The position numbers and the translations under genes are program-made. A stretch of DNA of 64,000 nt, from IMG/VR virus record IMGVR_UViG_3300007171_000076, one strand, 5' to 3'. Shown in pieces: positions 1-8,873 of the stretch; the stretch's first letter is position 1, and the number at the start of each line of letters is the position of its first letter. The DNA is from an uncultured virus (IMG/VR IMGVR_UViG_3300007171_000076) (taxonomy: Duplodnaviria; Heunggongvirae; Uroviricota; Caudoviricetes). The notes below the pieces were generated by a model that saw nothing but the letters and a program-made list of their open reading frames with translations, was not told the DNA's origin and ran no database searches.

Positions 1-245
1 TCACGCCATTCTGTTGCTTCCAAACCTTCTGCCATATCCCGGACAACTTCGTTTGAAATCTCATTAGTATCGGGAGTATATCCATACAAAGAAATGCCAG
101 TGACATCTTCTACAAAACGATTATAAACTTTGCCACGGAATGAATCGTTGCCATTGCCAGAAAACACGCCACCACAAATCTTAAACTCGCCTTCAATGAC
201 ACCCTGCTCGTCTTTGTTCTTCATCCAAATGTTATCAAGTCCCAT
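1..245 (-). CDS. hypothetical phage protein (runs off the window edge)
   Basis: ATG at 245 preceded by AGGAGA; open frame MGLDNIWMKNKDEQGVIEGEFKICGG... continues past base 1. Confidence 0.7.
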   Translation of the reverse strand, partial: MGLDNIWMKNKDEQGVIEGEFKICGGVFSGNGNDSFRGKVYNRFVEDVTGISLYGYTPDTNEISNEVVRDMAEGLEATEWR

Positions 246-254
246 GTCAATCTC

Positions 255-734
255 CTAAAGGTAAAATTCTCTATTCTTGTCTTCTTCGGTTACTGGATTC
301 TCGGTGACAAAATAAAATTCTCTATCAACCCACCGCATACCAGAAACAAGGTAAGACATATCAGCACCGTTCGTAATAATAGTCCAAATATTCTCTGGAT
401 TATGCTCACGAACGAAATCCAATTCTTCTCCATAGGTCTCAAAAGCATAACCTTCGTAAGTAGAGGATTCTTCAATCTCATTCTTGATAGGATTATATTT
501 CTCAACCCATTCATCAAAAGTGTAAATACGCTCTGACTCGATTTTTATATTCTCGACTTTGCAGATTCCAACAGTATAACGAGGAATAATATTTTTAGAG
601 ACATACTGCTCAATATAATCCTTGGAATCATTGCTGAGAAAAAAAGACTTCTCGATTTTCTTCATTGGCTTACTAGGATAATACCAATCAAAAGAAAGCG
701 AGATTTTAAAGGTTTGTGGAATAGTTGGGTTCAT
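255..734 (-). CDS. hypothetical phage protein
   Basis: 159 aa ORF; -10 TATACT lies 6 nt before the ATG. Confidence 0.7.
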   Translation of the reverse strand: MNPTIPQTFKISLSFDWYYPSKPMKKIEKSFFLSNDSKDYIEQYVSKNIIPRYTVGICKVENIKIESERIYTFDEWVEKYNPIKNEIEESSTYEGYAFETYGEELDFVREHNPENIWTIITNGADMSYLVSGMRWVDREFYFVTENPVTEEDKNREFYL

Positions 735-740
735 GGCGTT

Positions 741-768
741 AGTATATCAGGTCTCTAGGGGAATGCAA
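741..768 (-). promoter_or_regulatory. sigma70-type promoter, leaderless
   Basis: minus strand TTGCAT-16 nt-TATACT-6 nt-ATG; spacer shared with the promoter at 1331-1359. Confidence 0.6.
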
Positions 769-774
769 GAAATA

Positions 775-1122
775 TTACAAGATGCAGAGAGTATTTTCTT
801 GGTACTCGAATTTTGGAGCATCTTCTTTTTTTAATATTCCTAAACGATGAAAAAATTCTTCAGGTACAATTGGCTCCCTATCTTCAAAATTAAAAGAATA
901 AGGTAAGACAGGATGATTAGGAGATAGTTTCACCAATGCTGTTCTTCCATCTCGACAATGTACTTTTAAAATAAATGTACCTGATTGATGTCTAAGAACT
1001 TTTGGAGAATGAAATAGAAAACCATTCCATTCAATTTTATAAGATGGTGTACTTCTCTCATAAACATATCTCCAAGGATTATATTCAACAGGAGAAGATT
1101 CCCAAAGTTCTTTAAGAGTCAT
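775..1122 (-). CDS. hypothetical protein
   Basis: 115 aa ORF, co-oriented and adjacent to neighbours. Confidence 0.65.
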   Translation of the reverse strand: MTLKELWESSPVEYNPWRYVYERSTPSYKIEWNGFLFHSPKVLRHQSGTFILKVHCRDGRTALVKLSPNHPVLPYSFNFEDREPIVPEEFFHRLGILKKEDAPKFEYQENTLCIL

Positions 1123-1124
1123 TT

Positions 1125-1325
1125 TTAAATTCCTATATAAAGCACTAGTTCTTCTTGGTTTACATTAATAAGGTCAGCAGTCTTTTCATATTTCTTTTCT
1201 ATAGCATCCAAGAGTTCAGCGATAGAGTTAGAATTAGAAAAGAAAGACACAGGGTAAGAATTGAAAAAGCAAGTGCCATTATCAATAATCACCGAGAATT
1301 TCTGAAGGTCAATTGTTTCGTTCAC
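1125..1325 (-). CDS. hypothetical protein
   Basis: 66 aa ORF, GTG start 5 nt after TACAAT. Confidence 0.6.
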   Translation of the reverse strand: MNETIDLQKFSVIIDNGTCFFNSYPVSFFSNSNSIAELLDAIEKKYEKTADLINVNQEELVLYIGI

Positions 1326-1330
1326 AGGGT

Positions 1331-1359
1331 ATTGTATCAGGTCTCTAGGGGGTATGCAA
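1331..1359 (-). promoter_or_regulatory. sigma70-type promoter, leaderless
   Basis: minus strand TTGCAT-17 nt-TACAAT-5 nt-GTG. Confidence 0.6.
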
Positions 1360-1361
1360 AT

Positions 1362-1394
1362 AAAAAACCCCTATCTCTTGGCGGTGGATAGGGG
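1362..1394 (-). terminator. intrinsic terminator
   Basis: CCCCTATC/GATAGGGG stem followed by a U-run on the minus strand, downstream of ORF 1444-1740. Confidence 0.6.
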
Positions 1395-1443
1395 CTTGGT
1401 TCACTTGTGGAAAGTTGGTAAAGGACAAGTGAAAAGTGGGATA

Positions 1444-1740
1444 TTATTTTACTTCTTTAAGCCATACTGTAGGATAGGCATCGAATTCATCTGTCCTAGT
1501 AACCTCAAAGACTTTACCAAAATAAGAGTTGGCTCCATTAGCAAGTTGATTAGGATTGACTCTTCCAGAAGCAAAGTCAGAACCTTGATGCTTTACAATT
1601 GACTTGCGATACATATCAACATATACTTTAATATCTTCGGCATTATACAAGCCATCTGATTTATGAAGACGTTCCGCTTCTTCCATCTTTGGCTTCAATT
1701 CTACGCTCAACTCTTCCAACGTACTAAACGACAATTCCAT
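1444..1740 (-). CDS. hypothetical protein
   Basis: 98 aa ORF with AGGAGA RBS. Confidence 0.7.
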   Translation of the reverse strand: MELSFSTLEELSVELKPKMEEAERLHKSDGLYNAEDIKVYVDMYRKSIVKHQGSDFASGRVNPNQLANGANSYFGKVFEVTRTDEFDAYPTVWLKEVK

Positions 1741-1771
1741 TTTAATCTCCTAGAGAAATTTAATCAAACAG

Positions 1772-1844
1772 TGGGACGGGAGGGATTTAAACCCTCGACT
1801 CCCCGGTTAAAAGCCGGGTACTCTAGTCGCTGAGTTACCGTCCC
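1772..1844 (-). tRNA. trnK: tRNA-Lys(UUU)
   Basis: cloverleaf: acceptor GGGACGG/CCGTCCC, D stem ACTC/GAGT, anticodon stem CCCGG/CCGGG with loop CT-TTT-AA, T stem GAGGG/CCCTC; CCA not encoded. Confidence 0.92.
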
Positions 1845-1850
1845 AAACAA

Positions 1851-2142
1851 TAGCACCTGAGAGGCTCGAACTCTCACGGGTTGCCCCAATAGATTTTCTT
1901 ACCACTATAATTTTCATTACCAGAATAAATCTGTTTGTGGTCTGGACTTTACCTTCATCATAGTATTACTACCTTAGATGTCCTGTGTCAAGTCTCTACA
2001 CGTTCCTAATTTCTTAGGCTTCGCTCGGTATTCCCATTTAAAAGGGTTCACCGAATTTACAGGATTCTACATTAGAAATTTCTCTCTAAGCACTCATATT
2101 TAACTCAAAGTCTATCGCATCTGCCAATTACGCCAAGGTGCC
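1851..2142 (-). tRNA. trnL: tRNA-Leu(UAA), split by a group I intron (exons 2142-2108 and 1897-1851)
   Basis: joined exons give acceptor GGCACCT/AGGTGCT, anticodon stem ATAGA/TCTAT with loop CT-TAA-AA, long variable arm, T arm GAGAG-TTCGAGC-CTCTC. Confidence 0.9.
1898..2107 (-). ncRNA. group I intron (IC3-like, no ORF) in the tRNA-Leu anticodon
   Basis: 210 nt inserted after U34 and ending in G; core-like segments AAATTCGGTGAAC, GGGAATACCGAGC, GTGTAGAGACTTGAC and AAGGTAAAGTCCA resemble P/Q/R/S of trnL(UAA) introns. Confidence 0.88.
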
Positions 2143-2161
2143 TCATAACTCTTACAAACAT

Positions 2162-2190
2162 ATCTTACCTTGTTTCATCTCTCTTGTCAA
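2162..2190 (-). promoter_or_regulatory. sigma70-type promoter of the tRNA genes
   Basis: TTGACA-17 nt-TAAGAT about 20 nt upstream of tRNA-Leu. Confidence 0.7.
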
Positions 2191-2191
2191 C

Positions 2192-2291
2192 TCCCTTTCC
2201 TAGCATTATCACAAATTTCTCTGCGATAATGCTAGTTTTGAAAGGAGACCGAAATGAACAACATCAAGTGAATATCGCTTTAACTTGACAC
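2192..2291 (-). ncRNA. candidate small structured RNA
   Basis: own promoter; 16-bp stem capped by GAAA (2200-2235) plus a 5' hairpin, both with G.U pairs that form only on the minus strand. Confidence 0.45.
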
Positions 2292-2295
2292 ACCT

Positions 2296-2324
2296 ATATT
2301 ACCTAATCCTCAGAGCCATGTCAA
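2296..2324 (-). promoter_or_regulatory. sigma70-type promoter
   Basis: TTGACA-17 nt-TAATAT. Confidence 0.6.
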
Positions 2325-2333
2325 GCAAAGCAC

Positions 2334-2364
2334 AAAAAAAGGGAGAGAAATTAATCTCTCCCTT
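2334..2364 (-). terminator. intrinsic terminator
   Basis: GGGAGAGA/TCTCTCCC stem plus U-run after ORF 2382-3410. Confidence 0.7.
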
Positions 2365-2381
2365 AAGAATTAAATAAAATC

Positions 2382-3410
2382 TTACTTAACCCAGAATTCA
2401 ACCTTATTACCAGCAGACCCACCAGAAGCCACCGAAACAGATGAGATTCCGATGTATTTATTAGTGGAGAATGTGATTTGTGCATTTGCGGCAGAGTTGA
2501 CTGGAATGGTAACAACGATTGTGGCATCATTTGTTCCATCTGCTTTAATAGGAACCACATTAAGAACGATAGGAGTGACGCTAGAGACCTGTGTAGAGTC
2601 CGATGCAAGTCTTACTTCTAACAATGTAGCAATCATCCCAGAAACGCTCGAAACGCTTGTAAGGCTTCCCCATGTTCCTCCAGTGTTAGTTAAGGAATAT
2701 AATTTTACGATCAATTCCTCATTTTTAATATTTCTGTGGAATCTTCTGTAATTTTCGCTCCAAGTAACATTAAGAACAGCAGGGGATAAACCATTAGAAT
2801 CAAGACCTGTAAAATAATTTCTTAAAGTCTTGGTAGTGATGGATGTGAAGTAAGTGTCTAGTGCTGTTTGATATGCTGTTAATGCGGACGAAAGAGCAGA
2901 TGTTAATGTACCTTCATTTGTTCTAAAAGATTTTAATAAAGTAGAAGTAGCATCTGTATCAGTATCGGTTATATCATTTTCAGCAAGAACATCACCAAGC
3001 AACAATCTATTAAAAAAATTAAATTCGTATGTATTAGAATAAATTGTATCTACTGCTGTTGGTTTGGAAGCCATTTGAATTACATATGGTTGAAGAGTTG
3101 AGTTGGAGCCATATGTTGTAGAGATTGTAATGCTTGTGTCAGACCCTACAGCAGAGATAGTGTACCATGTTGTGATAAGTGATGGGTCGTTGCTTCCGAT
3201 TCCAATTCTTGCTGGAGCGGTGGAAGCATTAAAATTTAAACTTGTCCATACGGTGCTGGTTCCTGTGATTGTTGGAGAACCAGAAGAAGTTGCAACAGTT
3301 CCAGTAATATAATAATTTGGTTTTGCTGATTGGTCTCTTAACAATCTATCAGCGTTTCCAAGGTTTGTAGTTAATGTCGAGATTGTAGACGGGGCGATTA
3401 CTTTAGCCAT
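2382..3410 (-). CDS. putative virion structural protein (Thr/Ser-rich)
   Basis: 342 aa, T/S/G/A-rich; segment GTVATSSGSPTITGTSTVW resembles tail-fibre-type sequences. Confidence 0.55.
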   Translation of the reverse strand: MAKVIAPSTISTLTTNLGNADRLLRDQSAKPNYYITGTVATSSGSPTITGTSTVWTSLNFNASTAPARIGIGSNDPSLITTWYTISAVGSDTSITISTTYGSNSTLQPYVIQMASKPTAVDTIYSNTYEFNFFNRLLLGDVLAENDITDTDTDATSTLLKSFRTNEGTLTSALSSALTAYQTALDTYFTSITTKTLRNYFTGLDSNGLSPAVLNVTWSENYRRFHRNIKNEELIVKLYSLTNTGGTWGSLTSVSSVSGMIATLLEVRLASDSTQVSSVTPIVLNVVPIKADGTNDATIVVTIPVNSAANAQITFSTNKYIGISSVSVASGGSAGNKVEFWVK

Positions 3411-3486
3411 TTAGAACCATCCTTAAAAAGATAATAATATTTTTTCTTTAATGTATCTTTTGTGACTAACCGTAATGAGAACCTTT

Positions 3487-3521
3487 AAAAAAATCCCCCT
3501 CGAATTTCTAAGAGGGGGATT
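3487..3521 (-). terminator. intrinsic terminator
   Basis: ATCCCCCT/AGGGGGAT stem plus U-run after rIIB. Confidence 0.7.
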
Positions 3522-3529
3522 GATTGGGT

Positions 3530-4741
3530 TTAGAGTTTGCTGTATTCCTGATAGATTTTAAATACATCATCCTCAGAAGTGAATTGAAGAAGAATCACAA
3601 ACTCTGGATTAATCTTATGCTGGTCATCAATATCCTTATAGAAGTTCTTAAGGGCATTGGCTACCGCAGTACGTTGGTGACCATAGAGGAATGCAAGCAT
3701 ATTAATATAATTGAATCTCTTAGTCTTCCAATCATCCAAGATAGTTCCGTCAAGGTCGAGAGTAAGTTGAACCTCAGTCTTGCTTTCACAATCTTCACAG
3801 AGAATATTATCAGAAAGATTCATGTCTACGCAAGCACATTCATTACATCGTGGACATTCGCAATCATCAATGATACATTCACAATCATCACATCGCTCTG
3901 CATCAAGATAATATTCTTCATCATCAACAGTGAGGATTTCATATGTTCTTGGTTGCCATTTACCTTCGACATATGCATCATTCTCTGTCTCGAAATTTGA
4001 AGTGTATCTACCTTCTACGAGAGGCTTTTCATATTCTGCCACAACCTTATATCGACAGGTGCGGAGTTTTTGAAAATTACAATCTGTAGGAATCGAAACA
4101 ACATCTGCCGGGTCGATTTCAACAAGAACAAGTTTATCAGATTCAGAAGCAAAGTCAGAGGCATATTCCAAAGTACCAGCATGGAAACCGTAGGAACAAC
4201 CAACCTCTTTATTGTCATCTACCTTGTTGCGAGGCATTTCCAAAACGCTACCAACAGTATTGAAGAATGTTCCAGAATACTTATCGGAGAAGTCTGAACG
4301 AACAGCCTTATAAGCAAGGAATGTTCCAGAATCTGTGATAGGAAGATGCTTATGCTCAAGGAAGGTATAGAGTTCATCCACTGCACGTTTTGATGGATTG
4401 AGTTGAAGTCGAGTCATAAATTTAAAAATATGAACTGCATCAACATCACCAGCAAGGGCATTGAGAACCCGCTCTGCTACAATAGACGTTACTGCATCAC
4501 CGTCGATATAAACATTGCCATCCTTCACCTCGATATTCTCATACTGGAAATAGAGACGTTGGAGTTTATTAGCAGGATTGATGTAGTCTACCAATCCCTG
4601 CCAATCAGAATCCTTATAAGCCTTGAGAGCGTTAGGGAATGCAGGGTTGGAAGCATTAATGGTGTACTGTTTTCCATCAATGAATACGGTGATGAAACCA
4701 GAGATTGGGTCATCATTAAGAAGTTTTGCTGTTGGGTTCAT
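3530..4741 (-). CDS. rIIB: rIIB-like protein
   Basis: motifs ITDSGTFLAYKAV, EMPRNKVDD, CSYGFH, IDPADVVSIP, KLRTCRYKVV; directly downstream of an rIIA-like gene. Confidence 0.85.
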   Translation of the reverse strand: MNPTAKLLNDDPISGFITVFIDGKQYTINASNPAFPNALKAYKDSDWQGLVDYINPANKLQRLYFQYENIEVKDGNVYIDGDAVTSIVAERVLNALAGDVDAVHIFKFMTRLQLNPSKRAVDELYTFLEHKHLPITDSGTFLAYKAVRSDFSDKYSGTFFNTVGSVLEMPRNKVDDNKEVGCSYGFHAGTLEYASDFASESDKLVLVEIDPADVVSIPTDCNFQKLRTCRYKVVAEYEKPLVEGRYTSNFETENDAYVEGKWQPRTYEILTVDDEEYYLDAERCDDCECIIDDCECPRCNECACVDMNLSDNILCEDCESKTEVQLTLDLDGTILDDWKTKRFNYINMLAFLYGHQRTAVANALKNFYKDIDDQHKINPEFVILLQFTSEDDVFKIYQEYSKL

Positions 4742-4845
4742 TCTTTTTTCCTTTAAGAGAGATAAGGCATCGGGGCTTGTCTTTCGTCCTTATCACCGAT
4801 TGACATAGCATATTACCAAACTATTTCTGAGACCGCAAGGGGATA

Positions 4846-6870
4846 TTAAAGTTCTTTTCCAATAATATCTGCCATCAGACTAATATTACCATTGATAGCC
4901 GGGACAAGCAATGGGAACTTTTTAATATATTCTTCCTTGATATCAAAAGGCTTCTCGGAAATATCAAATCTCAAGGCATACCAGAGCGATGTAAATTTCT
5001 CAAGATTATTAAAGTCTTCGTGAATCTTTTGGAGTTGATTTTTAATATCTTCTGGAAACGAATCCTTATTGGCAAAGAACAGAGCCTTCCATCGACCTTC
5101 AAGATTATAATAAGTATTCCAGTTATTATATTCTTCAGCGTATCTTGTCATCACCAAACTTTTAAATTCTTCCACATAGTCATCAAAAGATTGCATCGTA
5201 TCAGGAACATTCTTGATATTTGCCTTCTTGACTCCGTAGAATGACACAGGCTCTTCTCCACGCTCAGTCAAGAATTTATTAATAATGTTTGTATAGTCCC
5301 TGATATACATTGGGTCTTGAACATAATAGGAAGTAGATTTAAAATATTCCAATGGCAAGTATACAGCATTGTCTTCCACTTCATCAACAGGAGTCCAACA
5401 ATCAGAATTTGTTTTTCCCATATAAGGATTAATTTTATAAAACTGAGCGTTGATACTCTTCTTGCCTGATATTGTCTTAGGTTTAGGTGCTGGAGTGTAT
5501 GGAATATCTTTTAAATATACAATCGTGGCTCCATCAAAGTCAGGCTGGTCTTTAAATTCTTCTGCCTTCTGGGTGCTTTCAAAAGACAAGATGAACTTTC
5601 TTGCATTCTTAAAAGGATTAAAACCATTGATATTATTCTGGAGACAATAAGATTGAATTCTTGGCTTGATTGAATTCCTCTTAAGATTAGCATTGTCAAT
5701 AAAGAGAATGTGACCTTCTTGTGGAGCAATATCTGAATTCTTTTTATAAGATTTGTCACTGGTCTCCATCATTACATAATTGATTCCATATTCTCTCAAT
5801 CTCTTCTCATTAAAGGTCGTAGGGATGGATTGGGTAAGATTGGAGACATTGACAATATGCATGAACTGAGCATCAATATGTCGCTTATGGATTGACTTTT
5901 TCCAGAGTGAATTCTTCTCTTCCAAAGATTCTGTAATTGTATTAATAATATCTGCTTGAATATTAGAGATAGACTTCATAATAAAATCTTTTGTCTTATT
6001 ATCCATCTCAAGGTTTTCACGGGATGCAGATGGTTTCACTTCTCCAATATTTGCGGTAAGAACAATATGGCTTCTCGAATTTTGGATATACTTGCGTGTT
6101 TCATAATCCAAAGAATCCAAGGAAGCAGGATAGAGAACATTGCCCATCAAGACCGACAAATCACCTTCACCATAATACTCCCGGCGATACATCTTCCAAT
6201 TGCCACCTTCAAGGATTGGATTGATTAAACGGGCAGACTCGATTAGATTAGCAATACTAGTATCACCCATGAACTTAGGAATTGGATTAAAATTCTTAAA
6301 GAAGGATACAGAGTTATTTCTAAAGTTGGAAAAGTCTACAGCGGAATTAATATTAATATGAACGCTAAGACCTGTCTCATCTGTTGGTTTGGTGGAAAGA
6401 AGAGCGACCTTGCCTACATTTGTTTCGTCGATGTATGCTTGGTAGGTGTATTCTGTTCCATTATGCCGGGAAATAATCATAAAGGAATTAACATAACAGA
6501 ATGCGGATTTGCTACCAAGACCAAGCATTCCCACCTGTTCATTTGTATTACGCTTGGTTGATGCACCGTAGGAAGCAAAGATATTCTGAACATCATCTGG
6601 GGAAAGACCAAAACCAAAGTCTCTTACAATAAAGGTAGGAGAGAAGGATGTTGGCAAGGTGATTTCAATTGGACGCTCTACATTCGCTTCAATATGTGCA
6701 TCGTAAGCGTTGGTGGAATATTCCCGAATAACTGCAAGAACTTTATTAGAATAGAGTTGATTGCGAAGAATAGAAAAGATATGAGCAACATTCTCTTGAC
6801 GAATATTGAAAGCAACCTCGTTCTCAATGCCTTCCCGCTCTACCTTAAACGCAACCTCATTAACAATCAT
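4846..6870 (-). CDS. rIIA: rIIA-like protein (N-terminal GHKL ATPase fold)
   Basis: LYSNKVLAVIREYSTNAYDAH, VRDFGFGLS, YGASTKR, GMLGLGSKS; start set at MIVNEV after a GGAGAG RBS. Confidence 0.85.
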   Translation of the reverse strand: MIVNEVAFKVEREGIENEVAFNIRQENVAHIFSILRNQLYSNKVLAVIREYSTNAYDAHIEANVERPIEITLPTSFSPTFIVRDFGFGLSPDDVQNIFASYGASTKRNTNEQVGMLGLGSKSAFCYVNSFMIISRHNGTEYTYQAYIDETNVGKVALLSTKPTDETGLSVHININSAVDFSNFRNNSVSFFKNFNPIPKFMGDTSIANLIESARLINPILEGGNWKMYRREYYGEGDLSVLMGNVLYPASLDSLDYETRKYIQNSRSHIVLTANIGEVKPSASRENLEMDNKTKDFIMKSISNIQADIINTITESLEEKNSLWKKSIHKRHIDAQFMHIVNVSNLTQSIPTTFNEKRLREYGINYVMMETSDKSYKKNSDIAPQEGHILFIDNANLKRNSIKPRIQSYCLQNNINGFNPFKNARKFILSFESTQKAEEFKDQPDFDGATIVYLKDIPYTPAPKPKTISGKKSINAQFYKINPYMGKTNSDCWTPVDEVEDNAVYLPLEYFKSTSYYVQDPMYIRDYTNIINKFLTERGEEPVSFYGVKKANIKNVPDTMQSFDDYVEEFKSLVMTRYAEEYNNWNTYYNLEGRWKALFFANKDSFPEDIKNQLQKIHEDFNNLEKFTSLWYALRFDISEKPFDIKEEYIKKFPLLVPAINGNISLMADIIGKEL

Positions 6871-6971
6871 AACGGCTCTCCAAACTTGTGATGCCTTATA
6901 ATACAGCAATAATTCTTGGAGAGCCAATAGATTTTCAGATATTTTTCATTATTTGAATCATTCCGTAGGGG

Positions 6972-7526
6972 TTATTTTCCTAGGGCAAAATTACGTGGTA
7001 AAATCCTTCCATAGGCAATATCAAAAGAATCGTTGGTGTATTTTTCAAAATTTATCATGTCTTTAAAACTCTTGATATCTTTAATCTTTATTTTATTAAT
7101 CCAATGTCTATTAACCATTTCAATTCTAGAGAACAACATTGGATAATTTTCACCCATTTCATTCCTATAATATGATGTTCCAAGAATACAACATCCGTCA
7201 GCACTTTCTTTAAATGCCATCTCTTGTAATATTTTAATTGTTTCTAAAGTACTCTCATGCGAAGACAAATCAAGATTATTTAAAACTGAATAATGATAAT
7301 CACGATCTGTATCTAATCCAAAAGGGTCGTTAAATGGCATCTTATAATAGAATGCAATTGTGTTGAATAAACTGTCAGAATCTATTAAATATTTAGCATA
7401 AAACAAGAATGGTGCAGCCCAACTCCAAGGTTCATTTGCTGCATCTTCTAAATCTAAATCATTAATAAAATTCCTAAGGGTCTTATCATTCTTTATTAGT
7501 TTAGCAAATTTTGAGAAATCATCCAT
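6972..7526 (-). CDS. hypothetical protein
   Basis: start MDDFSK after GGAGAGG, overlapping the uvsE stop. Confidence 0.65.
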   Translation of the reverse strand: MDDFSKFAKLIKNDKTLRNFINDLDLEDAANEPWSWAAPFLFYAKYLIDSDSLFNTIAFYYKMPFNDPFGLDTDRDYHYSVLNNLDLSSHESTLETIKILQEMAFKESADGCCILGTSYYRNEMGENYPMLFSRIEMVNRHWINKIKIKDIKSFKDMINFEKYTNDSFDIAYGRILPRNFALGK

Positions 7527-8421
7527 CTTTAATCCTCTCCAAGATATCCAATATGGCATAATCTTTATTCTTTAATTCTACATCAAACATCACATCTTTA
7601 TTATAATTTTGTGGAAGATTCTCAGCCATATCTCTGTGTGCTTTAGTATTTTCTTTACCTTCTGAATAATGAAAGATTGGCTGACAGTTCCAAGTAGAAT
7701 AAGCAAGATGGAATGCTTCTTCATCTGTCATATCGTTGTGTAGAATTTTATGATGGAGATTATCAAATGTTACTGGTATTCCTCTCGTTTGATGGAAATA
7801 CGTATGGAGATTCTTGATAGACCATACACCGTTTGCATTATCATTATTTTCAAGGACAAGTCGTTTGCGTACTGAATCAGAGAGTCTATCGAAGTTGGCA
7901 AAGAATCTATTGGAAATGTCAATCGGGTCACCATCTTTCCTGACATGAATATTTAAAGGAGAATAATAAGATTGTGGTAAATCTAATCGGTCAAAGATAT
8001 CTGCATGAGCCTCTAAGTCAATTATAGAATTTTGTAATGCCTTAGGGTCTTCAGAAGTTAAAGTAATATATTCTGATGGATGGGCGGAAACACGAATGCC
8101 AGTTTCTTTAATTGCCCTCTTAACCTTATCTATCTCATACTTTATAAAACCGTACTCTGGCAAATCTTCTATATCTAACATAACATCTGGATGCTTAATT
8201 ACTGGGCATAAATCAGAAGACAATCTATAACCCATAATCCCTGCAGCCTTACAATGACGAATAATCTTTTCAGTGACAGAGAAATTATTCCTAACAATCT
8301 CTGAAAGCTTTTGTAATGATTCTTCCCTGGGCTTTGAGGAAAAAGATTTGTATGTCATTGTGCGAAACTTGATACCTTGTTCCGCCAATACATTAGAAAT
8401 ACAACATAAGGAAAGATTCAT
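7519..8421 (-). CDS. uvsE: UV damage endonuclease (UvsE/UvdE)
   Basis: YRLSSDLCP, RVSAHPSEYITL, LVLENND, VTFDNLHH, FHYSE, AHRD, DVELKNKD. Confidence 0.9.
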   Translation of the reverse strand: MNLSLCCISNVLAEQGIKFRTMTYKSFSSKPREESLQKLSEIVRNNFSVTEKIIRHCKAAGIMGYRLSSDLCPVIKHPDVMLDIEDLPEYGFIKYEIDKVKRAIKETGIRVSAHPSEYITLTSEDPKALQNSIIDLEAHADIFDRLDLPQSYYSPLNIHVRKDGDPIDISNRFFANFDRLSDSVRKRLVLENNDNANGVWSIKNLHTYFHQTRGIPVTFDNLHHKILHNDMTDEEAFHLAYSTWNCQPIFHYSEGKENTKAHRDMAENLPQNYNKDVMFDVELKNKDYAILDILERIKDG

Positions 8422-8432
8422 GTTCTACTGTA

Positions 8433-8873
8433 TCATAAAACAACCCCGCTAGCAAGTCTCCATTTAAGATTCTTTAAGTCTTCCTCTAAAAGATCCTGGA
8501 ACGTTTTATCAGAGCTGCCAAAATGTATTAAAACAGAACAAAAAAGAGCATTAATAGATATAGAATAAAATAATCCACTTAAGTCCTTAAATTTTTCATT
8601 TTTTTCAATATAATGTAAGATATTTAAACTAATAGAGAATAATATTTTAAAATCGCTCTTGTATGTTATTAATTTGTATAGTAGAATAGATAATGGTTCA
8701 ATATTCCATTCCTTATACCTTACTAAATCTGGATAAAAAAGATTATTTGTTTCTTGTTGTAGGATTTTAATTGCATATGATTTGATTACATTATAATTAA
8801 CTCCAGGGACTAGGTAATAAAAATCCCAGTCCCTGTTTAAGAGTTCTAATATATTCTTTTTAATTTTAGACAT
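8433..8873 (-). CDS. hypothetical protein
   Basis: ORF from MSKIKK, overlapping the upstream gene stop. Confidence 0.55.
   Translation of the reverse strand: MSKIKKNILELLNRDWDFYYLVPGVNYNVIKSYAIKILQQETNNLFYPDLVRYKEWNIEPLSILLYKLITYKSDFKILFSISLNILHYIEKNEKFKDLSGLFYSISINALFCSVLIHFGSSDKTFQDLLEEDLKNLKWRLASGVVL

Noticed and set aside
2254..2271. Plus-strand mini-ORF MNNIK with a perfect RBS
   Set aside because: Only 5 codons, no plus-strand promoter seen, and flanking hairpins favour the minus strand; kept only as an alternative in the sRNA finding
4742..4810. Structured rIIB leader (GATAAGG/CCTTATC, ATCGG/CCGAT) as a riboswitch or ribozyme
   Set aside because: Short alternative stems only; I could not match a known consensus such as the hammerhead CUGAUGA core
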